Shown here: one piece after another, positions 38,904 through 49,071 of the stretch
Layout of the letters: each line of letters begins with the position of its first letter
How positions within the stretch are numbered: the stretch's first letter is position 1
Assembly (NCBI GenBank): GCA_965204755.1
Contig: OZ242011.1
Span: 1,472,001 to 1,536,000, forward strand
Reading direction: 5' to 3'
DNA length: 64,000 bases
Source: Candidatus Marinacidobacterium sp.
Lineage (GTDB): Bacteria > Acidobacteriota > Vicinamibacteria > Marinacidobacterales > Marinacidobacteraceae
Notes under the pieces: model-generated
What the model saw: the letters and a program-made list of their open reading frames with translations, nothing else
Told to the model about the DNA's origin: nothing
Databases searched by the model: none
Program-made: the position numbers and the translations under genes

Positions 38904-39375
38904 CAGGCCGTCGAGCCGGAGAGTGCCGACCAGAACGACCCGAACCACGCGCGCGCCCCGCCCCGCGGGTCGGAGCGAACGCGAGCGGAGCCTCGAACGG
39001 ATCCAGGCGGCGCGGGTGACCCTCGCCGCCCGCTCGCTGTGGATGAAGCGGGCGAGCGTCGCCGGAGTGGTGGTCCCGGTCGGCGTCGGCGCGCTTCAGG
39101 AGTGGCCGCTCCTGCAACTGCTCGCGATCCCGGCGGCGCTCCTCTGCTGGTGGCGCGACGCCGGGATCACCCGCGCCGACCGCCGGCTCGACCGGCTCTA
39201 CGAAGCGGTTACCGAGGGCGCGGTTCCGCCCCCGTCCACCGGGGAAGAGGAGGAGGCCGCCGACAGCCTGCCCGAGCCGGCGGACGCCCTCCGCAGCGCG
39301 TTGCTCTCAGGCCCCGGAGTCAGCCTCCACCTGCTGATGATCGGGATGGCCGTCTTCTTCAACCTCCTCGGCTGA
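38878..39375 (+). CDS. Membrane protein (about 3 TM), unknown function
   Basis: LERIQ..SLWMKRASV..TM..WWRDAG..RADRRLDRLYEAV..TM; start uncertain. Confidence 0.6.
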   Translation: MGPDDLGPDRPSSRRVPTRTTRTTRAPRPAGRSERERSLERIQAARVTLAARSLWMKRASVAGVVVPVGVGALQEWPLLQLLAIPAALLCWWRDAGITRADRRLDRLYEAVTEGAVPPPSTGEEEEAADSLPEPADALRSALLSGPGVSLHLLMIGMAVFFNLLG

Positions 39376-39696
39376 GCCGACCGGCGCCGGGGCGCCGGAA
39401 TCCCCGGCCTCTCCGGCGGCGCCCGCCGACTCGTCGGCGCCGTCCGCCAAGGGCAACGCGAGCCGCTCGCCGATCAGCATGATGGGGATCCCGTTGCGGA
39501 CCGGATAGAGACAGGCGCCGTCCTCGCGCACCAGGCCGCCTTCGATCTCTTCGCCGACCGGCTCCCCGTCCCGGTTTCGGGCCGTCCCGCCGCGAATCGC
39601 CGTATTCACCTCGGCGACGAGCGCTTCGGGCGCTTCGCCCACCGGCTGGTGGGACTCCGGACAGCAGAGGATCTCGAGCAGTTCGGGATGGATCAT
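39307..39696 (-). CDS. Trm112 family protein
   Basis: LLEILCCPESHQP..YPVRNGIPIML; C-terminal tail overlaps the convergent gene. Confidence 0.85.
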   Translation of the reverse strand: MIHPELLEILCCPESHQPVGEAPEALVAEVNTAIRGGTARNRDGEPVGEEIEGGLVREDGACLYPVRNGIPIMLIGERLALPLADGADESAGAAGEAGDSGAPAPVGSAEEVEEDGHPDHQQVEADSGA

Positions 39697-39751
39697 CGCG
39701 GACTTCGGAGAGTCGGACCGGGAGAGTCGGGACGGCGGGACGGGACGGCGG

Positions 39752-39837
39752 TGCCGGAGGAGGGGCTCGAACCCTCACGACCACTAAGGATCTCGGGATT
39801 TTGAGTCCCGCGCGTCTGCCGATTCCGCCACTCCGGC
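39752..39837 (-). tRNA. tRNA-Leu(CAA)
   Basis: Reverse complement GCCGGAGTGGCGGAATCGGCAGACGCG-CGGGA CTCAAAA TCCCG-long variable arm-GGGTTCGAGCCC-CTCCGGCA; CCA not encoded. Confidence 0.95.
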
Positions 39838-39981
39838 GAGGGCCGCCGCTCGCGCCGTCCCGTCCGGGGGCGGGCAGTGTAAACGCTCGGCAGGCGGCGC
39901 GTTCGGGCGCTCTCTCGACCGGCTCGGGGCCGCCCCGCGCCCGGCCGGCGCGTTTTTCGATGCGTTTTCGGCGGGAAAATG

Positions 39982-39990
39982 TGGTAGAAT
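39982..39990 (+). promoter_or_regulatory. Extended -10 promoter for carD
   Basis: TGGTAGAAT in an AT-rich intergenic region about 58 nt before the ATG. Confidence 0.55.
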
Positions 39991-40047
39991 TCGGGAATTC
40001 GGGCGTTGAACCCGTTGTTTTTTCAACCGGAGCGTCGTTGAGGGCCC

Positions 40048-40674
40048 ATGCAGTTCGAAGTCGGTGACAAGGTGATCTACCCGAACCAGGGAATCAGCAT
40101 CGTGGAGGGAATCGAGAGCGCCGACGGAGTTTCGGGCACTTGTTTCTACCGCCTGCGCCTGCTCGAGAAGTCCACGCTGGTGATGGTGCCCGTGGAGAAA
40201 GTGGGGGAAGTGGGACTCCGGCGGATCATGACCGACGGCGATGTCGAGGCGGTCCTCGATGTGCTCGAACACGGTGAAGTGGACGAGCAGTTGAACTGGA
40301 AGACCCGGTACAAGGACAACTCCGACCGGATGAAGAGCGGTTCGCCGGTGGAAGTCGCCGGGGTGCTCAAGGGTCTCTACTACCTGAGCGAGCGGAAGAC
40401 GCTCTCCTTTCGGGAGAAGCGGATGCTCGACCGCGCCCACCAGTTGACGGTCACCGAGGTCGCGGAAGTGGCCGGCCAGTCGGTGGAGGAAGTGGAGAAC
40501 AAGGTGTTCGACGCGCTCCGCCGCAGCCGCAACGGCGCGACCGGCCGGGACGACGCCGACGACGGCCACCCCCGGGCGACGAGCGTCGTCCCCCGCCCGG
40601 TGCGGAGGCGGCGCAAGGGGCGGAGCGTGGAAGGCGGCCGCTGCACGGTCTCCATCTCGATCAACCGCTACTGA
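40048..40674 (+). CDS. carD: CarD family transcriptional regulator
   Basis: FEVGDKVIYPNQG, MVPVEKVGEVGLR, NWKTRYK, LSFREKRMLDRA. Confidence 0.92.
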   Translation: MQFEVGDKVIYPNQGISIVEGIESADGVSGTCFYRLRLLEKSTLVMVPVEKVGEVGLRRIMTDGDVEAVLDVLEHGEVDEQLNWKTRYKDNSDRMKSGSPVEVAGVLKGLYYLSERKTLSFREKRMLDRAHQLTVTEVAEVAGQSVEEVENKVFDALRRSRNGATGRDDADDGHPRATSVVPRPVRRRRKGRSVEGGRCTVSISINRY

Positions 40675-40715
40675 ATCCCCCGCGCCGGCGCCCGCCGAGT
40701 ACGCCTTCGCGCTCC

Positions 40716-41468
40716 GTGGGCCGGCGCTCCCCCTTCGCTGCGCTTCGCGCCCTCCTCGGGACCGCCGGCGTGGCGGTGGCGCTGCCGCTGATGCTGGTGG
40801 CGGCGCTGGCGGCGATCCCGCTCGGCGACCGGCTCAGCGGCCGGAGGCGGCTCGGCTACGAGTTCGGGCGGCTGATCATGCAGGTCTGCTGGCGGATCAC
40901 CGGCATCCGCATCCGGGAGACGGCGCGCGAGCGGATCGAACCGCTCCGGCCGCGGGTGTACATGACGAACCACACCTCGCTCCTCGACATGCCGGCGATC
41001 CTGGCGCTGCTGCCCGGCCAGAACACGACGCTCATCAAGAAGGAGGCGTTCCGGGTGCCGCTGGTGGGGTCGGCGTTCCGCGCGGTGGGGTTCGTGCCGG
41101 TGGACCGGACGAATCCGACCGCCGCGCGCCGCAGTTTGGAGCGCGCCGTGGACGCGATTCGGGAGGGGCACTCGCTGGTGATCGCCCCGGAAGGAACGCG
41201 GAGCCGCGACGGGAAGGTCGGGCCCTTCAAGACCGGCGGCTTCCGGATCGCGGTGGCCGCCGGCGCCCCGATCGCGCCGATCACCGTGACCGGCGCGCGG
41301 GAGCGGCTGGTCCCGGGTTCGAAACTCGTCCGCCCCGGCTTCATCCGGGTGCGCTACCACGAACCGGTGCCCACCGACGGCATCGAGCCCGGGGACCGCG
41401 GGGCAGTGGCGGCGCTGGTCACCCAGGTGCGGGAGACCATCTCCGCGGGCCTTCCGGCGAGCGCGTGA
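40716..41468 (+). CDS. plsC: 1-acyl-sn-glycerol-3-phosphate acyltransferase
   Basis: NHTSLLD (HX4D), VPVDR, PEGTRS, FKTGGF. Confidence 0.9.
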   Translation: MGRRSPFAALRALLGTAGVAVALPLMLVAALAAIPLGDRLSGRRRLGYEFGRLIMQVCWRITGIRIRETARERIEPLRPRVYMTNHTSLLDMPAILALLPGQNTTLIKKEAFRVPLVGSAFRAVGFVPVDRTNPTAARRSLERAVDAIREGHSLVIAPEGTRSRDGKVGPFKTGGFRIAVAAGAPIAPITVTGARERLVPGSKLVRPGFIRVRYHEPVPTDGIEPGDRGAVAALVTQVRETISAGLPASA

Positions 41469-41635
41469 ACGCCGCCGGCCCGCCGACGCCGGGGTCTCCC
41501 CGGACTTCCCACGGGCCGTTCGGCGAGCGACACTTCCCGCCGCCCGGTCCCTTCCGGTTCCTCGTCCGGTAACCGCCGCGCCGCCGTTCCGGCGGCCTCC
41601 ACCTGTTCCTCCACCGCGCTTAGGGAGCGTTCTAC

Positions 41636-43252
41636 TTGACCCACCTCACGACGGAACACCTCGGTTTCGCCCGAAGCCGCCACGACCTCTCCACTTCCGG
41701 GATCCGCTACCCGCGGCGGGTGCTGTGGAACCTGTCCACGGCGGCGCTCACCCAGGAGGCCGTCTTCCGCGGGGAGGCGACGCTGGCCCACGGCGGCCCC
41801 ATCGTGGTGCGCACCGGCGAGTTCACCGGCCGGTCGCCCAAGGACAAGTACATCGTCGAGGAGCCGAACACGAGCGGCGAGGTGTGGTGGGGCCCCCACA
41901 ACCAGCCGTTCTCGCGCGAGCAGTACGACCGGCTCCGCTGGCGGCTCACCGCCTACATGCAGAACCGGGAGTTGTTCGTCCAGGACTGCTTCGCCGGCGC
42001 CGACCCCGAGTTCCGGCTGCCGCTGCGCGTGATCACCACCACGGCGTGGCAGAGCCTGTTCGCCCGCAACATGTTCATCCGGACGCGCGACGAAACCCGG
42101 CTGACCGAGCACGAACCGCAGTTCACGGTCATCGCCGCGCCCAGTTTCCGCGCCGCGCCCGACCAGGACGGCACCCGGTCCGAAGTCTTCGTGATCGTGA
42201 ACTTCGAGCGCCGGGAGATCCTCATCGGCGGCACCGCCTACGCCGGCGAAATCAAGAAGTCCGTCTTCTCGGTGATGAACTGGCTGCTGCCGGAACGCGG
42301 CGTCCTGCCGATGCACTGCTCGGCGAACTACGGCGCCGACGAGGACGACCTCGCCATCTTCTTCGGCCTCTCGGGCACCGGGAAGACCACGCTCTCCGCC
42401 GACCGGGGCCGCACGCTGGTCGGCGACGACGAACACGGGTGGGGCGAGAACGGCGTCTTCAACTTCGAGGGCGGCTGCTACGCGAAGGTCATCCGGCTGT
42501 CCCGCGAAGGGGAACCGGAGATCCACGCCACGACGCGCCGCTTCGGAACCATCCTGGAGAATGTGAAGGTGCGGGAGGAGACCCGGCGCCTCGACCTCGA
42601 CAGCGCCGAGTTCACCGAGAACACGCGGGCGTCCTACCCGGTCACCCACATCCCGAGCGCCTCCCGAACCGGTTGCGGCGGGCAGCCGCGGGTGGTCCTG
42701 ATGCTGACTGCGGACGCCTTCGGCGTGCTCCCGCCCATCTCCCGGCTCACCCCGGAGCAGGCGCGCTACCACTTCGTGTCCGGCTACACCGCGAAGGTCG
42801 CCGGCACCGAGCGCGGCGTCAGCGAGCCGCAGGCGACCTTCAGCGCCTGCTTCGGCGCGCCGTTCATGACCCGCCGACCGGAGGCGTACGCGGAACTCCT
42901 CGGCCGCCGCCTCGAGGAGCGCCAGGTGAAGTGCTACCTGGTGAACACCGGCTGGACCGGCGGCCCCTGCGGCGCCTCCCCGCGGATGCCGCTGGCGCTG
43001 ACCCGCGCGCTGGTGCGCGCCGCCCTCGACGGCTCGCTCGAGAAGACCGAGTTCCGACGGGAGCCGATCTTCGGGCTGCAGATCCCGAAGGAATGCCCCG
43101 GAGCCCCGCCGGAGATCCTCGATCCCGGTCGGAGTTGGCAGGACCCGGACGCCTACGGGCGCCAGGCGCGGAAACTCCTCGGCATGTTCGAGGAGAACAC
43201 CGAGAAACTCGGCCCGGCCGCCGGTTCGTTCGCCGCCGCGGCGGCGGCCTGA
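41636..43252 (+). CDS. pckA: Phosphoenolpyruvate carboxykinase (ATP)
   Basis: TGRSPKDKY, YAGEIKKS, MHCSAN, FGLSGTGKTTLS, GDDEHGW, NFEGGCYAK, TENTRASY. Confidence 0.97.
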   Translation: MTHLTTEHLGFARSRHDLSTSGIRYPRRVLWNLSTAALTQEAVFRGEATLAHGGPIVVRTGEFTGRSPKDKYIVEEPNTSGEVWWGPHNQPFSREQYDRLRWRLTAYMQNRELFVQDCFAGADPEFRLPLRVITTTAWQSLFARNMFIRTRDETRLTEHEPQFTVIAAPSFRAAPDQDGTRSEVFVIVNFERREILIGGTAYAGEIKKSVFSVMNWLLPERGVLPMHCSANYGADEDDLAIFFGLSGTGKTTLSADRGRTLVGDDEHGWGENGVFNFEGGCYAKVIRLSREGEPEIHATTRRFGTILENVKVREETRRLDLDSAEFTENTRASYPVTHIPSASRTGCGGQPRVVLMLTADAFGVLPPISRLTPEQARYHFVSGYTAKVAGTERGVSEPQATFSACFGAPFMTRRPEAYAELLGRRLEERQVKCYLVNTGWTGGPCGASPRMPLALTRALVRAALDGSLEKTEFRREPIFGLQIPKECPGAPPEILDPGRSWQDPDAYGRQARKLLGMFEENTEKLGPAAGSFAAAAAA

Positions 43253-43260
43253 CGGCGGCG

Positions 43261-44019
43261 TTGCCGGCAGCGTCGCCGACCGACCGCCGGACGCTGGTTC
43301 TGCTCCGCCACGGCGAAAGCGTCTGGAACCGGGAGAACCGGTTCACCGGCTGGACCGATGTCCCGCTCGCCGACACCGGCCGGGAGCAGGCCCGCCGCGC
43401 CGGCGACCTGCTGGTCGAGGCGGGGATCGTCCCGGCCACCGCCCACACCTCGCGCCTCCGCCGGGCGGAGGACACCCTGAGCGAGGTGATGGCCCGGGCC
43501 CGGTGGGAGGCGGTCCCCGTCCGCCGGGCCTGGGAACTCAACGAGCGCCACTACGGCGTCCTCCAGGGCGAGGACAAGGCGGAGACAGAGCGCCGCTACG
43601 GCCGGGAGCAGACGAGGCGCTGGCGCCGGAGTTACGCCGACGGCCCTCCCCCGGTGGACCGCGCCGACCCCCGCCACCCGGCGCAGGATCCGCGGTACCG
43701 AGAAGTCCCGCCGGAGGCCCTCCCGGCCGGCGAGTCCCTGCGGGACACCGCGGAGCGCGTCCTCCCCTACTGGGAGCGGGCGATCCTCCCCGACCTCGAC
43801 CTCGGCCCGGTGCTGGTCGCCGCCCACGGCAACAGCCTCCGGGCGCTGGTGATGCGCCTCGAAGCCCTGTCCCCGGAGGAGATCGAACACCGCAACATCC
43901 CCACCGGGATCCCCTTGGTCCTGACGCTGGACGGGGCCTCTCGCGCGGTCGAGCGCCGCTACCTGGCCTCCGAGGCCGAACTCGACCGGGGCATCACCTT
44001 GGCGGCGCATCGCCCGTAG
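43261..44019 (+). CDS. gpmA: 2,3-BPG-dependent phosphoglycerate mutase
   Basis: LLRHGESVWNRENRFTGWTDV, LNERHYG, WRRSY, AAHGNSLRAL, NIPTGIP; TTG start approximate. Confidence 0.95.
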   Translation: MPAASPTDRRTLVLLRHGESVWNRENRFTGWTDVPLADTGREQARRAGDLLVEAGIVPATAHTSRLRRAEDTLSEVMARARWEAVPVRRAWELNERHYGVLQGEDKAETERRYGREQTRRWRRSYADGPPPVDRADPRHPAQDPRYREVPPEALPAGESLRDTAERVLPYWERAILPDLDLGPVLVAAHGNSLRALVMRLEALSPEEIEHRNIPTGIPLVLTLDGASRAVERRYLASEAELDRGITLAAHRP

Positions 44020-44080
44020 AATTGCGTCCGTTCCGAGCGAGGGCGCCGCGCGGCCCCGTTTCCGGAACAGCCCCTCCGAC

Positions 44081-45990
44081 ATGAAGAAGAACCGCTCGAA
44101 CCGGCAGTGGCGGTGGGAAACCGTCGACCCGAATGTGGGCGCTGCCGGCGGCGCCTTCGCGAAGGTGTTTCGCAACCTGGAGGAGAAGAAGCCCGGCTTT
44201 CTGGAGGAAGGCGCTCCGGGGTTGAACGCTTACCTGATGGCTCGAGAGGTCATCCAGAACGCATGGGACGCCGCCCTCGAGTTGCGGAAACCTGCCCCCC
44301 CCCCCCCCCCGCAAAAAGTCTTCCAGATTTCTACATCCAGTTCGACTTTCGTGTGCTGAGCGGTTCGGAAAAGAAGTCGCTCATCGCCACACTGGACTTG
44401 GGCGGGCATGTCGAGCGGCTTTCGCAACTCGAACGACAGACGATCGGTCTCGATGACGATCTCTGTCTGGATCATCTCGAGAGCAACGAACCGCTCCCGG
44501 TTCTCGTCATCGAGGAGACGGCAACGACCGGGATGTTCGGGCCGTGGAAGGGCGCCAAGTCGAAACTCTTCAAGGCTCTCGCCGCCCTCGGCATCCAAGG
44601 CAAGGACGATGCGGATGCCGGGGGTGCCTTCGGTTTCGGCAAGGCGGGCCTGATTCGCGGTTCGGCCCCGCGGATCGTGGTGGCCTACACCTGCTTCCGG
44701 GAACAGATGGACGATCCAGGAGTTACCCGTCGCCTCTTGGGAATCACCTATTGGGACGCACATTCACTGGACGACCGAGACTTCACCGGAATGGCGCGTT
44801 GGGACACGAACTCCGATGAGCCGCGACCGTTCGAGAACGACGAGGCGGACGGTATCGCCGAGGAACTGGGGCTGAGGCTTCGCCACCCGGACAACGACGA
44901 GGACTTCGGCACTTCGTTCTTGATCCTGCAACCCACCGTCGATCCGGGGAGGCTGGAGACCGCGATCAACCGCTCTTGGTGGCCGGCGCTGGAAGACACG
45001 ACGCTCGGCTTCCAGGCAGCGATCCGGCCGCCCGGCGAAGACGCGCGTTCTCCGCGACCGCAACAGGACGCCGACCTGCAGCCCTTCGTCCGTGCTTATC
45101 GGCAGGCGACCTCCACCGCAAAGTTCATCGGCAAAGTTCCCAACCTCCACTCTTTTGATATCTGGGACTCGTCCCGACTACTGGGAAAACTCGTACTGGT
45201 CACCGACCCGGACGGTTGGTCGTTCCAGGACCCGAGTTCGTCATCGGATGAGAGTCTCGTCGCGCTGATGCGCAACACGCGGATGGTCGTGGAATATCGA
45301 AAGTTGGGGTTCCGGGAGACCACTCCGATCGTTCGCGGCGTCTTCGTGGCGGACGACGGCGTGAGCGGTCTTCTCCGGGAAACGGAACCCGTCGGGCACG
45401 ATGCTTGGTATTCGGGTGGTGACGAGAACGATGCCAGCGAAGAGGCTCGTGCTGTCGCAGACTGCATCCTGAAGAAAATCAAGGATCGCGTTCGCAAGGT
45501 TCGCAAGGACTTGGCGCCGCCCGCACCGAAACCGGAGTTCGTGAGGCTCCCGGAGTTCGACCGCATCATGCGGCGCATCTTGGGCGGCGAGGGCCGAAAA
45601 CAGGGGCCGACCGCGCAGAGGCGTTTCGTACGGTTGGATGGAATCGAGAGCGAGCCCGAGATCGTTGGCCACGGGCTCATCCGTACCACCGGGTCCGCGC
45701 AGTTCGGTCTGAGCGAAAATTTTCCGGTGTCCCGCCCCGGCGCACGCGTTGCCATCCAAGTCCGTTTCGTGGTACTCGAGGACGGTCAGGCCCGCGGCGC
45801 CAATAGCGTCCCGGTCGCAGTCGCGCCTCCCGATGGCTTCGAAGTCGCCGACGACGCCGATCCCCACCGCTTCACGGGCTGGTTGGCTCGCGGCGACGAA
45901 CACGGCTTCTCCTTCCAAACGGATCCTTACGACGAGGATTGGACCGGTCGGCTCTACATCGAGGCCGAATTCCTTTCCGAGGACTCTTGA
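44081..45990 (+). pseudogene. GHKL (HATPase/MORC-like) ATPase split by a C16 tract (phase-variable OFF state or assembly slip); about 636 aa when in frame
   Basis: Frame 44081 carries the N-box AREVIQNAWDA. After the C-tract the other frame carries the G1-like IEETATTGM and G2 GGAFGFGKAG. C14 or C17 would fuse them. Confidence 0.8.
44295..44310 (+). repeat. Poly-C16 homopolymer (slipped-strand contingency locus candidate)
   Basis: CCTG-C16-GCAAAAAG; the longest homopolymer I saw, located exactly at the frame switch. Confidence 0.9.
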
Positions 45991-46976
45991 ATCGAGAACG
46001 CAAGACCGTACGCCCGTTTCGGGGCGTAGCGCCGTCGCTGACCAGAGCCCTGCGGAATGCGGTTCTTCGGTTCGGAGAGAAACAGGTCACCGCGGGCGCT
46101 CGCCTCCAGTGGGACGACTTCGAGACCTACCGAGACCAAGACATTTTGCTGGAGTGGAGCGCGGACGACGAGTCTCCGACCTTCTTGTCCGGGCTGAAAC
46201 AAGGCTGCCGCGAGTCCGGTCTGCCTCCCGACAGTCTGGCTCTCGTCGTCACGGCCACCAGCCGGTATCTCGGTATCGTGGATGTCCTCTTCAACTGTCC
46301 TCTGGACGACTTGGATGAACTCGAACCTGCCCTTGACCTTCGGGCCGAGAAAACCGACGCGGCGGCTTGGAGGACATGTGTCCGAGGTTGCCGGGTGGAC
46401 GCGTATCTCCTGCTCGCCCGCAAACTGGAAGAACGGCCTCTTCGCCCCTGGAGGAAGGGAGTGTGGCTGTCGAGGGCGAGTTTCACGGTAGCGACAGACT
46501 ACACGGAGAGTCTGTTTCGACCGAGGAAACTGGACGACAAACAGCGGAAGCGATTTCAACTCTCGGTTCAGGCGCTCCGCTATGTCCATCTTCCGGAACC
46601 CGTCTGGGAGGAATATGACCCCGAAGAGCCGCCGGAGGTGTACTTGGACGCCGAGATCATGGCGCAGATCGCGGCGAAGCCGAAAGCGCTGCCGAGCCGC
46701 CTGGCCCAAGCGGAACTCGCCTATGTGTTCCTGCGTGGCGTCCTCACCGATGCTCACATGAACCGAAAGCAGTGGCGCGGGCGCATGTGGCGGGACATCG
46801 CGAACACACTGCTCGGCAAGGCCCTTCGCGCCATCGCCGGGAAGAACGCGCCCGTCGCCGAGTGCGCTCGATGGATGGACAGACTCGGCAGTGACGGTGG
46901 CTTGGAGGGTGTCGTGTCGGAGTGCGAGGGCGTCACCGAAATTCGCGCTCTTCTTCGCGACGCGTTTCGGGAGTAG
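45987..46976 (+). CDS. Hypothetical protein (329 aa), gene 2 of candidate defence cassette
   Basis: TTG overlapping the ATPase TGA (TTGA); globular composition, lower GC; no recognised motif. Confidence 0.75.
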   Translation: MNRERKTVRPFRGVAPSLTRALRNAVLRFGEKQVTAGARLQWDDFETYRDQDILLEWSADDESPTFLSGLKQGCRESGLPPDSLALVVTATSRYLGIVDVLFNCPLDDLDELEPALDLRAEKTDAAAWRTCVRGCRVDAYLLLARKLEERPLRPWRKGVWLSRASFTVATDYTESLFRPRKLDDKQRKRFQLSVQALRYVHLPEPVWEEYDPEEPPEVYLDAEIMAQIAAKPKALPSRLAQAELAYVFLRGVLTDAHMNRKQWRGRMWRDIANTLLGKALRAIAGKNAPVAECARWMDRLGSDGGLEGVVSECEGVTEIRALLRDAFRE

Positions 46977-46981
46977 CCACG

Positions 46982-47704
46982 ATGCGATACAAGACACTCC
47001 CGCTCCAGGAGTGTCGGCGTTTCGCCCGCGAGCGACTCGCGGGAGAGACGCCGGACATCGGTACGGGCGTTGTCTTCGCCGGAGCCGGCGAAGACCTCGA
47101 CATAAAGCCGATCCGCAAGGCCGCCAAGAAGATCGTCCGTCTCGTCGACGACAAGGCGAAGGATCGGGATCGAATCGAGGGGAAGGCCGCTGTTCTCCTC
47201 TACGACGGCCTTGCCGGAGTCCCGGTCGACGCACTCGACGATCCGGGTTTCTGGCGCTACCTGAGTGTCGGATTGGCGTTTTGGGGCTTCATCGCCTGGA
47301 GGGAGCACCGCGCACTGCAGAAGGGCGACAACTTCCTCAAGTATGTCGACGGGAAGAAGGCGACCGAGTGTGTCCTTCCGCGCATGTACATGCGCGTGTT
47401 GGCGCTCGGCGCCCGGGACGACCCGAAGGGACAGTTCCGGGAACTGGCTACGGCGCTTCCGGCCGCGACGGACTTCTGGCGGAGTCATGTGGTCCGGGTG
47501 CAGACCGCGGCGTCGCCGGCCGTCGTTCGGGCGTTCGCGCGAATGCAAAAAGAGAGGCGTCTCAACACCGACGATCTCCGGGAGTTCGCGAAGGACATTT
47601 CCAAGATCCGTTCGACGGTCGTTTTGAGCATCTACAACGACGAGGAAGCCGACATCTTCATCCGAGACCTTCGCGCGAAGTTCGACCGCCGGAAGGCCGG
47701 ATAG
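46982..47704 (+). CDS. DUF6339-like protein (240 aa), gene 3 of cassette
   Basis: SD GGAG; EGKAAVLLYDGL..ALDDPGFWRYLS..FWGFIAWR..LPRMYMR pattern resembles DUF6339 (recognised by eye). Confidence 0.55.
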   Translation: MRYKTLPLQECRRFARERLAGETPDIGTGVVFAGAGEDLDIKPIRKAAKKIVRLVDDKAKDRDRIEGKAAVLLYDGLAGVPVDALDDPGFWRYLSVGLAFWGFIAWREHRALQKGDNFLKYVDGKKATECVLPRMYMRVLALGARDDPKGQFRELATALPAATDFWRSHVVRVQTAASPAVVRAFARMQKERRLNTDDLREFAKDISKIRSTVVLSIYNDEEADIFIRDLRAKFDRRKAG

Positions 47705-49071
47705 TGAGTCTTGCCGGCGCCGCCCGGCAGTCCCGTGTGGTTGCCGCGAAGGGAACGCTTCGGGAGGATTATCGGCACAACGGGAGTGTCCGGCACTCGC
47801 TCGCGCTCGGCGCGCGACGGGGCCTGAGCGCCGATCTGGGAGAGCCGGAGAGCGCCCCTCGCTGCAGCGGCGATCCCAAGGGCGAGTGGTGGCGCGCCTA
47901 TCTCCGCGGCCGCCGACCGGTCACAGCGAACCCGAGCGGGAAGACCCTGCGCATCGCCGACCTGTTCTGCGGGGCCGGGGGACTCGCGCTCGGGGTTCGC
48001 CAGTTGTGCGACGAAGCCGGTCTCGAGCCGGTCTGGGAGTTCATCGCCGACCGAGACGACGGCGCGGTGGCGGTGTACGCGGGGAACCACCCGGTGCGGC
48101 GGGTCTCGAGGGAATCGGTGTCCGACCTGCTGGACTACCGGGTGCGGCGGCGGTCGAGCGGGGCCGAGTTCGTCTATGAATCGGAGTTCCTCGACCCCGA
48201 GTTGCGCAAGGCGGTGCGCGGCGTGGACCTGGTGATGGCCGGGCCGCCGTGCGAGGGGCATTCGAACCTGAACAACCACACGCGCCGGGACGACCGGCGG
48301 AACCACCTCTATCTCGCGGTTCCGGCGTTCGCGGTCGCTGCGGGGGCGCGGATGGTGCTCATCGAGAATGTGCCCGCGGTGGAGAACGACCGCAGCGGAG
48401 TGGTCGAGGCGGCGCGTAACCTGTTGGAGGCTGCCGGTTATTCCGTCGAAACCGGCGTCCTCGCCGCCGACGCCATGGGATGGCCGCAGACGCGGCGGCG
48501 GTTCTTCCTGGTGGCTCACCGTTCCCGCGCGCCAGTGCCGTTCGCGGCGATCCGTGAGGGTCTCGCCGACGATGCTCCGCGCCCGCTCTGGTGGGCCATC
48601 GAGGACCTGGAGGAGACCGGCGGCGACGATCCGCTGCATCGCGTGGGGGAACTCAGCGAGGAGAACCGCGCTCGTATCGCGTGGCTGTTCGACAACGACG
48701 CTCACGAACTCGACCTCTCCGAACGGCCGGCCTGCCACCGGGACGGCACGACCTACTCGGCGGTGTACGGGCGTATGCACCGGGACCAGCCCGCGCCGAC
48801 GATCACGACCGGTTTCCTGACACCGGGCCGCGGCCGGTTCGTGCATCCGACCCGGCGACGGACGCTGACCCCGCGCGAAGCGGCCCGGCTGCAGGGTTTT
48901 CCCGACACCTACCGGTTCGCTCCGGAGGCCGACCGAGTCCCCACCCGGTCGCAACTCGCGAAGTGGATCGGGGACGCGGTGCCCATGCCGCTCGGCTACG
49001 CCGCGGCGCTCTCCCTGCTCGCCCCCGAGTTGGGCCGGGCGAGCCCGCGACGGAAACCGCAGCACGCGTGA
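47704..49071 (+). CDS. dcm: DNA (cytosine-5)-methyltransferase
   Basis: DLFCGAGG (I), GPPCEGHS (IV), ENVP (VI), PQTRRRFFLV (VIII), LTPREAARLQGFPD (IX), IGDAVP (X); GTG overlaps upstream TAG. Confidence 0.95.
   Translation: MSLAGAARQSRVVAAKGTLREDYRHNGSVRHSLALGARRGLSADLGEPESAPRCSGDPKGEWWRAYLRGRRPVTANPSGKTLRIADLFCGAGGLALGVRQLCDEAGLEPVWEFIADRDDGAVAVYAGNHPVRRVSRESVSDLLDYRVRRRSSGAEFVYESEFLDPELRKAVRGVDLVMAGPPCEGHSNLNNHTRRDDRRNHLYLAVPAFAVAAGARMVLIENVPAVENDRSGVVEAARNLLEAAGYSVETGVLAADAMGWPQTRRRFFLVAHRSRAPVPFAAIREGLADDAPRPLWWAIEDLEETGGDDPLHRVGELSEENRARIAWLFDNDAHELDLSERPACHRDGTTYSAVYGRMHRDQPAPTITTGFLTPGRGRFVHPTRRRTLTPREAARLQGFPDTYRFAPEADRVPTRSQLAKWIGDAVPMPLGYAAALSLLAPELGRASPRRKPQHA

Noticed and set aside
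44107-45990. Treating ORF 44107..45990 as an intact standalone gene
   Set aside because: Its first about 65 residues are off-frame and lack the GHKL N-box, which is encoded in the 44081 frame.
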